A DNA stretch of 64,000 nt from a virus: positions 2,973-66,972 of IMG/VR virus record IMGVR_UViG_3300037461_000726; one strand, 5' to 3'. The notes below the pieces were generated by a model. It was not told where the DNA came from, ran no database searches, and saw nothing but the letters and a program-made list of their open reading frames with translations. Position numbers and translations under genes: made by a program. This document shows, one piece after another, positions 37,901 through 46,652 of the stretch (within the stretch, counting starts at the first letter, position 1; each line of letters begins with the position of its first letter).

Positions 37901-38161
37901 AAGTCCTTCCTATTGAACAGTAAGGGGGGATTAGAAAATGACTGGCATGGAACCCGCGAAGTCAAGAAAAAGACCGGGGATAGTCTGGGAACGCTCCTAT
38001 ATGGAGAGTTGGAGACGAAAGATGCGGAAGGCGAACCGACAAGGATGTTATTGTTTACAAATGAAGAACGCGGAACAAAAGAAGGTGAAACCGATATCGA
38101 GTTTCATAAAGACATTTTATTTGCTGATTCTGAGAAGGAAGTAAATGCCAGCAAAGAATAA
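34940..38161 (+). CDS. Portal protein (DUF1073 type) with about 600 aa C-terminal extension containing a GNAT-like module
   Basis: Y..SW..G..VD..AEDM, W.RLYGGA, TG.PL..LFGQSP.GFN..G..D..NYYD; then FEESKHPR..GQF and GIAKAYL..GRYAWAKMGF. Confidence 0.88.
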   Translation: MAKQTKKNIVTKDKLTQDSFTNFLAKIGVGTDNLSSYSTYSLNNLISRNRTLLEAAYRSSWLVGISVDAIAEDMTQAGITMGSEMEPDNIKKLHVAMNDFIIWSALCSTIKWSRLYGGAIAVILIDGAKYDEPLNLNAIGKGTFKGLLVLDRWMCEPSLGELVDDLNKDFGKPKYYKIHTSVGNAKLPRIRVHYSRILRFDGIELPFYQRLYENHWGLSVVERLYDRLLAYDSATLGAAQLLSKASLRTIGVKNLRAALALGGKEEAAVIKQFNYIRQMQSNEGITLLDSEDTFDIKRSSFDGISDLLVQFGQQISGATGIPLVRLFGQSPSGFNGGETDLRNYYDGIKRLQGNVLKDPLLKVLEVMSASILEQRLPEDFEIEFNSLWQMSDKEKAELNTSDSSAIREDYGAGIITKELALKEKLQSSRTTGRYTNITEEDIAQAKIDDENKPPEGGTPGMPPSGVGEENPLGAGEESTSSGIEEKPKEGISLESTSPEKEQSKEIKSPIEGVESSINEKEQESKRGLDFKAIRDKMFAARKYIRDKFFGDDFKGGMGSAGYSGYWTANNPEAYMEFRKMHPEKIDGKLMDSWIKGYAGYSSGSNTEWFNKGANYRRKGTEDADFEESKHPRGNPQNAGQFSSGGGGGAKKEEKPTKKEEKAPAESKKPQGVFKEGMDIPEEGRNVSAVKLEDGTVYYDTKAMIHADMLENNPDIPADKIVDGGFIVNGKYVSGSANAKGIGEQAKAKKIVEGLTSGSSVKFVKMDNLDKVKVKTINEAGLSEQQIKKVLSFDGYDTEVFYDFPKRMPGVTYVVATAIGKGETATKGKEKDVIETTFSVDNDKPDDLHLDFMEVYGSKNKGIAKAYLDRIEQYARENGKKTISLLADISIGRYAWAKMGFKADQETVDRLRKELIVHASNVLKMKYGGTNEFGKKRRELITAIEPLKSVEEIADFEFPDTEYTAKELTDSKGFHNNDVPMDMKLKVGKSFLLNSKGGLENDWHGTREVKKKTGDSLGTLLYGELETKDAEGEPTRMLLFTNEERGTKEGETDIEFHKDILFADSEKEVNASKE

Positions 38162-39047
38162 AAATAGAGTTTTCAATTACACGTTAACTCAACGAATCGA
38201 GCAGGATTATGGGCGCGATTTGTATAACGTCAGTCGTGAAGTGGATAGAATCGTTACTGACTTTACGAATAAGCTTGATAAGAGCGCCGATAAGATTGAA
38301 GTTGAAGATGTCGGTGATTTGATTGAAAAACTGCAGGAATATAGTGAAAAGATAAACGATTGGGCAAATAAGTCGGCGAGCAGAATGATAGGAAGCTTGC
38401 AGAAACAGGAATTGAAGCAATGGGAGCAACATTCCGAAAAGATGTCAACCTTGATGAAGCAGGAACTAACAAAATTTGACGTTAACAAGGCGATGAAGCA
38501 ATATTTGGCTGATAATGTTCATTTGATTACTTCCTTACCGTTAACGGCTGCACAAAGAGTGCATGATATTGTATATAACAACCTGACTACGGGAAAAAGG
38601 GCTTCAACTGTGGCCGCTGAAATCATGAACACCGGAAAGGTTACACAGGCAAGAGCCAATCTAATCGCGAGAACGGAAACGGGCAGGGCAGTGACCGGGT
38701 TGATAAAGGTCAGGTCCGAGTCTGTAGGGATTGATTGGTTCGTATGGAGAACCACCCATGACAGGAGATTGAGGACGGCCCATAAGTTGATGGATGGCGT
38801 TCTTGTAAAGTGGTCTGACCCTCCTTCACCGGAAAAACTTTTTGCGGGAAGGGCAAAGGATGTAGGCAAGCCGTATGGGAACTATTTACCTAATGCAACG
38901 TTTAATTGCAGATGTTACCCGGCACCATTAATAAGACTGGATGATGTGTCATGGCCCGCAAGAGTTCATAGGAACGGTAAGATAACGACAATGAATAAAG
39001 AACAGTTTCAAGGACTGACAAAAGACGAATATAGGTTGGCAGCCTAA
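38145..39047 (+). CDS. Minor head protein (MuF / SPP1 gp7-like)
   Basis: RANLIARTETGRA, WRTTHDRRLRTAH..MDG, FNCRCYP. Confidence 0.9.
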   Translation: MPAKNKNRVFNYTLTQRIEQDYGRDLYNVSREVDRIVTDFTNKLDKSADKIEVEDVGDLIEKLQEYSEKINDWANKSASRMIGSLQKQELKQWEQHSEKMSTLMKQELTKFDVNKAMKQYLADNVHLITSLPLTAAQRVHDIVYNNLTTGKRASTVAAEIMNTGKVTQARANLIARTETGRAVTGLIKVRSESVGIDWFVWRTTHDRRLRTAHKLMDGVLVKWSDPPSPEKLFAGRAKDVGKPYGNYLPNATFNCRCYPAPLIRLDDVSWPARVHRNGKITTMNKEQFQGLTKDEYRLAA

Positions 39048-39061
39048 TACAGGAGGACAAA

Positions 39062-41191
39062 ATGTTACTGCATCAAATCAAAGACATCAAGGGTGGGAGA
39101 ATTTTAACGAATGACACGGTTTCGAAGGACGCTGAAAGTAGTTGGAAAAGTGAATTAAACCATTTGAAAGATAAGTTGGAAAAGGCAAAAAGAGATAATG
39201 ACCAATCGGAAGTCGAAAGACTAAAAGATGAAATCCGCACATTGGAATCTGGTGGAGAATTTCCGATAGCGGATGCCGTTTCTTCCTTCGGTACCAAGTC
39301 CTTTTCAAAAGAAGAATTGATAAAGAAGGCGAAACAGGGCGAATTTGAATTTACTTCGGACCCGAAGCCGAGACAGCACATCGAAATCCGATATCCTGAT
39401 GGAAAGAGGGAAATGGTGTGGGTGGAAGATGCGAAGATGAAAGATTGGGGTCCCGATTTTGTAACTCCTCTTCCGCAGGGAAAGGAAGTTAAAATCACCG
39501 GTGGAGCTTATGAGGGAATGCGCGGTACGGTAGTTATGGGCGGGAACACTGAAACCAGAGTAAAGGTTGACGGTGGGAACGTAACCGTAATAGACAATAA
39601 GTGGCTTAATACTCTGGATTCAAAGATGAAGGACAGCGTTTCCATTTTGACCAGTCAGGGCGATTATGATGTGGAAATCATGGACAGCACTCATTTGAAG
39701 TTCAAGTTGAAGGGACGGGATAATTGGGCCACGCCTTTGCATTTCAATCAGGTCCCGGAAGAAATGATGAGCAAGTTAAAGGATAAGGGGCTCGTTGAGG
39801 GAAACTTTTTTAAGGATGCCGAACCGGACCCGGATGAAAAGATAGCCGAGCTTGAGGACAAGGCAGCCAAGGCAAAGGCGCAGGGTTACTCAGCAGATGC
39901 CTATGAAGAGGAAATTAAAAAGATAAAGGAAACAAAAGATGATGCCTACACCGAAAACAGAATTAGTTCTGTGAAAAAAGAAATTGAAAAAGTAAAAGAA
40001 AAGGCACAATTGGAAGGTGGTTATAAATGGAATACACGAAATGAATTGGACCGATTAGAAGGTGAATTGAAGCAATTAGAGGGGAATAGAAAAACTTCAA
40101 ATGACTCAAAATCAGAAGAAGCTTATGATGAAGGGTATGAAGCCGCATTAGCTGGCAAACCATCTTCCGCAAACCCATACACAGATGTTTCAAAGGCTGG
40201 CTACGCCGATTTGAAAGACTCTTGGAATGATGGGCATATGGATGGGCAAAAAGAAGTAGCAAATAAAGTGTTTAAGAAAGATTCTAAAACAAAGGACCGT
40301 CAATTTGACCTTGGCAGCGGCACCCTTGGAAATGGGATTACGGTGTGGAATAGGGCAAGGGAAATAGGCGGCGATTATGAAAGGATTGCCCATATCGGTC
40401 CCGATAGGAAAGTTACATGGTACATTTCCAGCCCGCCGTCAGAAGTAGTTAGTTATGTAAACGGCATCGTTAACGGGCCGAACATGGCAGTTTCCACAAG
40501 TCAGCCGTACATGAAGGTGTTCAATGATTCAAAGATGAAAGATGATTTGACACAGCCATTGTCGGTTGAAGAAATAAAATTTTTATTCCAAAATATAGAC
40601 CCTGCTTATGCTAAAATGCTTTCTGGAGTGGTTACTTCCAAGCAAATGGCAGTACAAAAAGGTTTGGCTGTTGGGTTAAAATTGTCTTCTGAGGGAATGC
40701 AGTTCAAAGATTCTAGGCCTGTTAAAGATGATTTTACTTCCAAATCGTCCCTGCAGACTGAACTTGAATATGCAAAGGAAGATTTAAGAAAGTCAGAGAA
40801 AAACGGCGATGCCCGGCTGATAAAGGAAGCGCAGGATTACGTGGACCAAGTGACTAAGGCCATACGGGAATGGAAAGAACCGGTGAAAGACTCTCCGCGT
40901 GATACGATTGAAAAGAAAATAGCGGATATCGAAGACAAGTTGGATAAGGCGCGGCAGAGTAAAAATAGTTCCTTAATTGCTCAGCTCCAGGATGAACTGG
41001 ATAAGCTTGAGGAAAAGAGGGAAGAATTAAGTGAAGATTCATCCGATGTTCTTACTCTTGACCCCTTGACTGCCAAGGGCGAGAAGATAATGGAAAACAT
41101 GAAGGAACAGTACGGGGAAAAGAAGGGCGAACAAGTTTTTTACGCTTCGCGCAATAAGGGAACGATAGGTGGTGTGGACCCGGAAAGCTGA
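39062..41191 (+). CDS. Modular xKD-linked polyprotein 4
   Basis: Leader MLLHQIKDIKGGRILTND; about 12 modules, DSK(M/T)KD double linkers; KOW-like, Rmf-like (AYDEGY..G..NPY..W.DG), helical hairpins, C-terminal PLTAKGEKI..YG.KKGEQVFYAS. Confidence 0.7.
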   Translation: MLLHQIKDIKGGRILTNDTVSKDAESSWKSELNHLKDKLEKAKRDNDQSEVERLKDEIRTLESGGEFPIADAVSSFGTKSFSKEELIKKAKQGEFEFTSDPKPRQHIEIRYPDGKREMVWVEDAKMKDWGPDFVTPLPQGKEVKITGGAYEGMRGTVVMGGNTETRVKVDGGNVTVIDNKWLNTLDSKMKDSVSILTSQGDYDVEIMDSTHLKFKLKGRDNWATPLHFNQVPEEMMSKLKDKGLVEGNFFKDAEPDPDEKIAELEDKAAKAKAQGYSADAYEEEIKKIKETKDDAYTENRISSVKKEIEKVKEKAQLEGGYKWNTRNELDRLEGELKQLEGNRKTSNDSKSEEAYDEGYEAALAGKPSSANPYTDVSKAGYADLKDSWNDGHMDGQKEVANKVFKKDSKTKDRQFDLGSGTLGNGITVWNRAREIGGDYERIAHIGPDRKVTWYISSPPSEVVSYVNGIVNGPNMAVSTSQPYMKVFNDSKMKDDLTQPLSVEEIKFLFQNIDPAYAKMLSGVVTSKQMAVQKGLAVGLKLSSEGMQFKDSRPVKDDFTSKSSLQTELEYAKEDLRKSEKNGDARLIKEAQDYVDQVTKAIREWKEPVKDSPRDTIEKKIADIEDKLDKARQSKNSSLIAQLQDELDKLEEKREELSEDSSDVLTLDPLTAKGEKIMENMKEQYGEKKGEQVFYASRNKGTIGGVDPES

Positions 41192-41218
41192 TTTATAAAA
41201 CATTCTTAGGAGAATAAA

Positions 41219-41476
41219 ATGTTACTTCATCAAATTAAAGATATAAAGAACGGCAGAATCATTGCCAAGGATGAAGATATTAATATCAACATCACTATCG
41301 AGAAGCCCGTGAATGAAGAAGAACAAGTGACCTATCCCTTTGAATATAAGGGATATACTTTAAAGCAGAATGAAGAAGACGGGTCAATTGAAGTGTATGG
41401 AAACGGCGGCAGTTTCCTTAAACGATGTGAAGATTTAAAAATAGCAAAAGATTTTATCGATAGGTCAGTGGTGTAG
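41219..41476 (+). CDS. Single-module cargo-like protein with the shared leader
   Basis: MLLHQIKDIKNGRIIAKD; EYKGY...AKDFID module. Confidence 0.7.
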   Translation: MLLHQIKDIKNGRIIAKDEDININITIEKPVNEEEQVTYPFEYKGYTLKQNEEDGSIEVYGNGGSFLKRCEDLKIAKDFIDRSVV

Positions 41477-41479
41477 AAG

Positions 41480-44400
41480 ATGGCAGAAGTAACACCGGCA
41501 AATGAAGAGCTTGCGCAAGAATACACAAGGGTAAATCCCAAGGACCAGCCCTTAAAGTATCTTCATCAAGACGGTTCAGTAACCGAAGAACTCCCTGTGT
41601 CTATTGTGGGGGACTTTGTTGTTACGGGCGGTGCCACATCAGCTAAACAGGACGAGCAAACAGAGTTGCTTTCTCAAATCCTTGAGAAGGACACCAATAT
41701 CTCTATCGATGCCGAAGAAATAAACTTAAACACCGATGAGTTGGAAGATAATCAAGTTAATGGAAGTCAAAAAACTCAGGTTGTAGATGGTTCAAATACA
41801 AATGTCGATTTTGCGACATCCGCGAAGCAGTTGCCTGACAATCATCAGGTAGAAGTATCAAACATGATACCCGCCGTTGAGACTGGTTTAGCTACTTCCG
41901 CTAAACAACTTGCAGACGGCCATAATGTAAACGTAAGTAACATGATTCCTGCAGTTGAGACTGGTTTAGCTACTTCCGCTAAACAACTTGCAGACGGCCA
42001 TAATGTAAACGTATCAAACATGATACCCGCTGTTGAGACCGGGTTGGCCACATCAGCCAATCAGACTAACGGAACTCAGAAAGTCCAAGTAGTGGACTTT
42101 GAGATGGAAGATATAACCAAGTACAATCCTTTTATCGTTGACACCGGGGCTTCTCTTTATGCCACAGACATAAATCCAGACCTTTCTGAGTCAACAGGCT
42201 GGGAGGGGGACCTTCTGGATTTGTTCAAGGATTTAGATGACGGTTTGTATAACGATAATGTTACCAATCCTAAAGTTATATTGTTGATGTTCTACAGAAC
42301 GTTATATTTGAATGCAATAGGGTTGGGTTGTGCCATTACGGATAAATATTTTAGTAATATCAAGTTTGAATTTATAGGGAGTGATGGAACAGTTCGCTCG
42401 ACATTTGATGATTCTGCGAATAACACAAAGTATGGAACAAGGTTATATCAGTTTGCTTCCGTTGCTTGTGTCGGCATTAGAATTTCTGTTTGCACTGCTA
42501 ACACTGATGTAGGCCTTACAAATGTAACAGTTCGTAAAAGAATAGCAGCGGATGTGGGTCTTGAGCAGATTACTCAGAATGGTGCATTGGCAGCACTGAA
42601 TGCTATAGTGGAAATCAATTTGTCTAATGCCTGTGGTACTTGTGTTTTTCAAGTATCGGGTACTTGGAAAGGAAAGATTCTTATAGAAGGGGCCGTTGAC
42701 GGAACATATAATAATCTAAGCGTGGTTCAGCCTCAGGGAACGATTGTTACCGCCGGAATAAATAATGATAACATGAACGGTGTTTACCGTATTCTGATGA
42801 CAGCAGGTTATACCAAGCTCAGATTGAGAATGTCTGCTTATACAGAAGGAACGGCTTCTGTTGTGATGAATGCTTCTCCTTTGGTGCCAACAGTTTATGC
42901 TTGGCAACTGAACGCGGCTAATTTATTGGCAACAGTAACACAGTCTACGCCTGACTGGAGAAGCACATTGGTGGACTCGACAGGAGAACCAATAACCGCA
43001 ACTGTTGATGGGTCAACAAGCCCGGAAAAGAATGCTCTGGATGTTAACGTAGTAAATCAAGGTGATGTAGGAAACACAAATATTACAGGGAACGTAGCCC
43101 GTACTTCTGCAGTAAATAGTAAATCAGGATTGACAGCATTGCAAGCATGGGAAGGAAGTTTTGAAGCAACAGATAATTATAGTGCTATTCAGTTGTTTGT
43201 TTATTTTAATAAAGCTGTAAGAGTTTATGTTGACCAGAGCGTTGATGGGTTAACAGCTCAATTGACAGATGATTGGATTGTACCAGCCAGCGAAGCATTT
43301 ACCGAAGTAATAAGGAGCGATGCTCCTTTTTACCGAGTGAGAGTGACCAATTTGGAAAATGCAGTAGCAACGGGAGACATGGCTTCTGCATTGACCCCGA
43401 TAATAAATCCATTGCCTAGAAAGCTTGACCACAATGGTAGTTTAATTATTGGCAGTATGATAGACGAGTATGGCTTTTCCTGTGAGAACACCCCGCAGGG
43501 GGAATTGAGAACGGTAACTCCATTTAGAATAGTCGGTGCTCAAATGGAAGGGGTTGGAGCAGCTGGAGCAGTTGACCCAAATTATTGGGCTTCCATAAAT
43601 GATGCAACAGCAGGTCCGGGCTCTGTAACAGTGGCAAATTCTCTTTGTTCAATAAACTCTGGAACCAATGCTGCCTCATTCGCCAAGTTGGTGTCTAATA
43701 GAAGAGCAAGGTATGTTACAGGATACACAAATCGGTTTAGAGGAAATTTCAGAACGCCAACAAATCAGGACAATAATACCAAGAGATGGGGAATAGGTGT
43801 TTATTCTAATTACACCTTTACGATAGCTTCATCTACATTGGTTGTTGGGGATGTGTATTCTAATAACGGTCAATACTTTACCGTCATGCAGCCTGTCACA
43901 GCAGGAACTACAGTTTATATGTTTGGAACTGGAGCTCCTTCAGCAGCGCCGCAGACATTAACCAAAGTGTCAGGAGCAACAGCAAGTCCAGCAACAATAG
44001 CTTATTCGGCATTTGCGGTAGAATGGACTTTATCAGATGGAGCAGTGTTTCAAGTGTCAGGGTCTGTGTTCTCTCTGGCCTTATATAAAAACGGGGTTGT
44101 CACTCCCATTACAAGTTTCAATGGTCATCTGGGAATTAGTTATTCATTGAATACGAATGTTCACACCTATGAAATATATTACACCAATGTAAATGTGTAC
44201 TTTGTTGTTGATGGAGATGTTCTTCATACTTATACGGCTTCCACTACAGGCTGGGCAGCAACAATGAATTTCCACATTATTGCTTCAAGCATAAATTCAG
44301 GTAACACCATCAACACTATATTGGGATTGAGGAACGCTGCTATTCATAGGTTGGGTCAGCAATCAACACAACCAACAATATATTATCATCCTAGTGGTAC

Positions 44401-44650
44401 CACCACAGGAGTTGTTCTGAAGTATGGAGCGGGGAATATAAGAGGAATAGTAATAGGAAGTGGGTCTAATGGGTCAGTTATAACTCTTTATGATGGATTG
44501 AATAGTTCGGGAAGAGTTATGTTTAGCCTTAATGTGACTAATTTAACTACTGCTCCTGTTGACCTTCCCTTATACGATGTTCCGTTTTCTATGGGCTTGA
44601 CGTTGACAGTAACAACACAAAATTCAAGTGTAACCGTTATTTATGAGTGA
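41480..44650 (+). CDS. Large putative virion structural protein with 26-aa tandem repeats
   Basis: Thr/Ser/Val/Asn-rich beta-type sequence; ATSAKQL.D.H.V.VSNMIPAVETGL x3. Confidence 0.6.
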   Translation: MAEVTPANEELAQEYTRVNPKDQPLKYLHQDGSVTEELPVSIVGDFVVTGGATSAKQDEQTELLSQILEKDTNISIDAEEINLNTDELEDNQVNGSQKTQVVDGSNTNVDFATSAKQLPDNHQVEVSNMIPAVETGLATSAKQLADGHNVNVSNMIPAVETGLATSAKQLADGHNVNVSNMIPAVETGLATSANQTNGTQKVQVVDFEMEDITKYNPFIVDTGASLYATDINPDLSESTGWEGDLLDLFKDLDDGLYNDNVTNPKVILLMFYRTLYLNAIGLGCAITDKYFSNIKFEFIGSDGTVRSTFDDSANNTKYGTRLYQFASVACVGIRISVCTANTDVGLTNVTVRKRIAADVGLEQITQNGALAALNAIVEINLSNACGTCVFQVSGTWKGKILIEGAVDGTYNNLSVVQPQGTIVTAGINNDNMNGVYRILMTAGYTKLRLRMSAYTEGTASVVMNASPLVPTVYAWQLNAANLLATVTQSTPDWRSTLVDSTGEPITATVDGSTSPEKNALDVNVVNQGDVGNTNITGNVARTSAVNSKSGLTALQAWEGSFEATDNYSAIQLFVYFNKAVRVYVDQSVDGLTAQLTDDWIVPASEAFTEVIRSDAPFYRVRVTNLENAVATGDMASALTPIINPLPRKLDHNGSLIIGSMIDEYGFSCENTPQGELRTVTPFRIVGAQMEGVGAAGAVDPNYWASINDATAGPGSVTVANSLCSINSGTNAASFAKLVSNRRARYVTGYTNRFRGNFRTPTNQDNNTKRWGIGVYSNYTFTIASSTLVVGDVYSNNGQYFTVMQPVTAGTTVYMFGTGAPSAAPQTLTKVSGATASPATIAYSAFAVEWTLSDGAVFQVSGSVFSLALYKNGVVTPITSFNGHLGISYSLNTNVHTYEIYYTNVNVYFVVDGDVLHTYTASTTGWAATMNFHIIASSINSGNTINTILGLRNAAIHRLGQQSTQPTIYYHPSGTTTGVVLKYGAGNIRGIVIGSGSNGSVITLYDGLNSSGRVMFSLNVTNLTTAPVDLPLYDVPFSMGLTLTVTTQNSSVTVIYE
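41813..42060 (+). repeat. 78-bp in-frame tandem repeat, about 3 copies
   Basis: gttgagactggtttagctacttccgctaaacaacttgcagacggccataatgtaaacgta occurs twice identically, with diverged flanking copies. Confidence 0.9.
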
Positions 44651-44658
44651 GGAAAGAA

Positions 44659-46143
44659 ATGAATAGATTTTATACTTCAGAACAGATAAGTGAACACATA
44701 TCGGAAACCCCGGAAGGGTTTTGGATAGCTGAGGACGTTCCGGTTGCAAAAATCGGGGAACAGACCTATAAGGCCGATGAAGTGCCTATTGAGCCAAATG
44801 ATAGTGGGCTGGTTTTAATTAAAAGACGTGAGGAAGAAGTGTTTAATCCCGATGCTATCAAGAGCTTTGAAGGTAAGCCGTTTACGATAGACCACCCGGA
44901 CGAAATGGTGACACCGGAAAATTGGATGCAGTTGGCCCATGGGTTCATTACCAATGTTCGTAGAGGTATAAAGGAAAAAGCCGACCTTCTTGTTGGTGAC
45001 ATCGTTATCACGACAAAGAAGGCAATTGAACTTGTAAAAAATGGGATGCGTGAAATTAGCTGCGGATATGATGCCGATTACGAACAGCTTGAAAAGGGGG
45101 TAGGTATTCAAAAAAATATAATTGGCAATCATATTGCCCTAGTTATGAAAGGTAGAGCGGGAAGTAGATGTGCAATTGGTGACAAAGATTGTAACCATTG
45201 TGGAAATTGTAAGAATCACAATAATAAAATAGAGGAGGATGATGATGCTATGAAATTTAAAGACAAGTTGAAAGCAGCTTATCGCAAACTCGTCAAAGAT
45301 GAGGATTTTGAGAAATTGCCTGATGACGAAAAAGCAGATAAGCTTGCAGAAACGGCGGTTGATGCCGTTGAGGAAGAGGGCAATTTGGGAGAACAACCTC
45401 TCGAAGAGAAGCCTCTTGAAGAGAAACCGATTGAAGCAAAGGACGAGGGAGAAGGCGAAGATAAGTTGGATAAGGTTATTCGTCTTCTTGAAATGCTTCT
45501 ATCTTCGAATCAGGAAGTCATGGATTCTATTAGCGGGAAAGTTAAGGATGAAGGAGAAATGCCCGCCGAAGTGAAGGAAAAGATAGAAGCGAAAAAGGAA
45601 GAGAAAGTTGAAGATTGTCTGGAACCGGAAAATAAGCCTTTCGTTAACAAGGATGAAGGTGAAGGCGGCACTTTAGGTGGCACCCCGTCAGGGTCGATGA
45701 TAAAGAAACCGATTATGTCGCCGGGAGTGTCCGATGAAGAAGACCCGGACGATAAAGAAGAACGCGAAAAAACGGAATCCAAAGACTGTGATTCGGTCTG
45801 GATGGACGTAGCTTACAGGGCCGATTTGCTTCTCCCCGGCATCCGTCTGACGAAACCGACCAAGGACCACAAGATTCGGCTGGAATCAATCAAGAGAAAA
45901 GCTCTTACCGGCGCGTATACTGCTGATTCGGAAACGGTGAAATTGGCCATCGGTAATCATGGCATCGAATCACTCAGAGGCGAAGCGCTGGATATAGCAT
46001 TTCTGGCCGCATCGAATGCCGTCAAAGAGAAAAACAACAAGTTTGTAAGGGACTCTGTTGTGAGTAACACGAATGAAGTTGCTTCTGAGATTAGAAGCAT
46101 GAACGAAAAACACAAGAAATTTTGGAGCAAAGAAAACAAATAA
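44659..46143 (+). CDS. DUF2213 prohead protease/scaffold protein
   Basis: TPEG...DVPVA.IG...Y, SFEGKP.T..HP, EISCGYDA, GNHIALV..GRAG.RC.IGD; acidic scaffold tail. Confidence 0.85.
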   Translation: MNRFYTSEQISEHISETPEGFWIAEDVPVAKIGEQTYKADEVPIEPNDSGLVLIKRREEEVFNPDAIKSFEGKPFTIDHPDEMVTPENWMQLAHGFITNVRRGIKEKADLLVGDIVITTKKAIELVKNGMREISCGYDADYEQLEKGVGIQKNIIGNHIALVMKGRAGSRCAIGDKDCNHCGNCKNHNNKIEEDDDAMKFKDKLKAAYRKLVKDEDFEKLPDDEKADKLAETAVDAVEEEGNLGEQPLEEKPLEEKPIEAKDEGEGEDKLDKVIRLLEMLLSSNQEVMDSISGKVKDEGEMPAEVKEKIEAKKEEKVEDCLEPENKPFVNKDEGEGGTLGGTPSGSMIKKPIMSPGVSDEEDPDDKEEREKTESKDCDSVWMDVAYRADLLLPGIRLTKPTKDHKIRLESIKRKALTGAYTADSETVKLAIGNHGIESLRGEALDIAFLAASNAVKEKNNKFVRDSVVSNTNEVASEIRSMNEKHKKFWSKENK

Positions 46144-46167
46144 TTTCAAATTAGGAGGAATAAAATT

Positions 46168-46623
46168 ATGAGTAATCAAGCGTTTTTGTATAGAATGCCT
46201 GCTGGTCTTGCAGGAGCCGTTTCAAGGATAGAGGCTTTGGTCTCTGAGCCGAATTTAATTGACACAACCACACCGCCCACTGTTTTTGGTATTCCGGTCA
46301 AGTTGGTTTCCGGAAAGATTCAGAAATGCGCAAGCGGCAACACGCCTTATGGATTTTTGATTCGTCCTTACCCGACTCAATCCGCAACAAGTGAAGCGCT
46401 GGGAACCGCGACTCCTTCACTGCTTCAGACCTGTGATGTAATGAAATCCGGTTATATGCAGGTAGTTTCTGCCGGTGTTCCCGCGAAAGATGGTCAGGTA
46501 TACTTCCTTGATGCCGATGGAACTATTACCGCTTCTGCAACAAGCTCAACGGCTATTGTTGGTTGCAAGTTCATGGGTGCTGCTGATGCGAATGGTCTCG
46601 TAGAAATCGCTTACAATCTATAA
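46168..46623 (+). CDS. Capsid cement/decoration protein
   Basis: YRMPAG.AG...R; between scaffold and MCP; ends VEIAYNL. Confidence 0.7.
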   Translation: MSNQAFLYRMPAGLAGAVSRIEALVSEPNLIDTTTPPTVFGIPVKLVSGKIQKCASGNTPYGFLIRPYPTQSATSEALGTATPSLLQTCDVMKSGYMQVVSAGVPAKDGQVYFLDADGTITASATSSTAIVGCKFMGAADANGLVEIAYNL

Positions 46624-46652
46624 AAATAAAATAATCAAGGAGGTTATAAATT

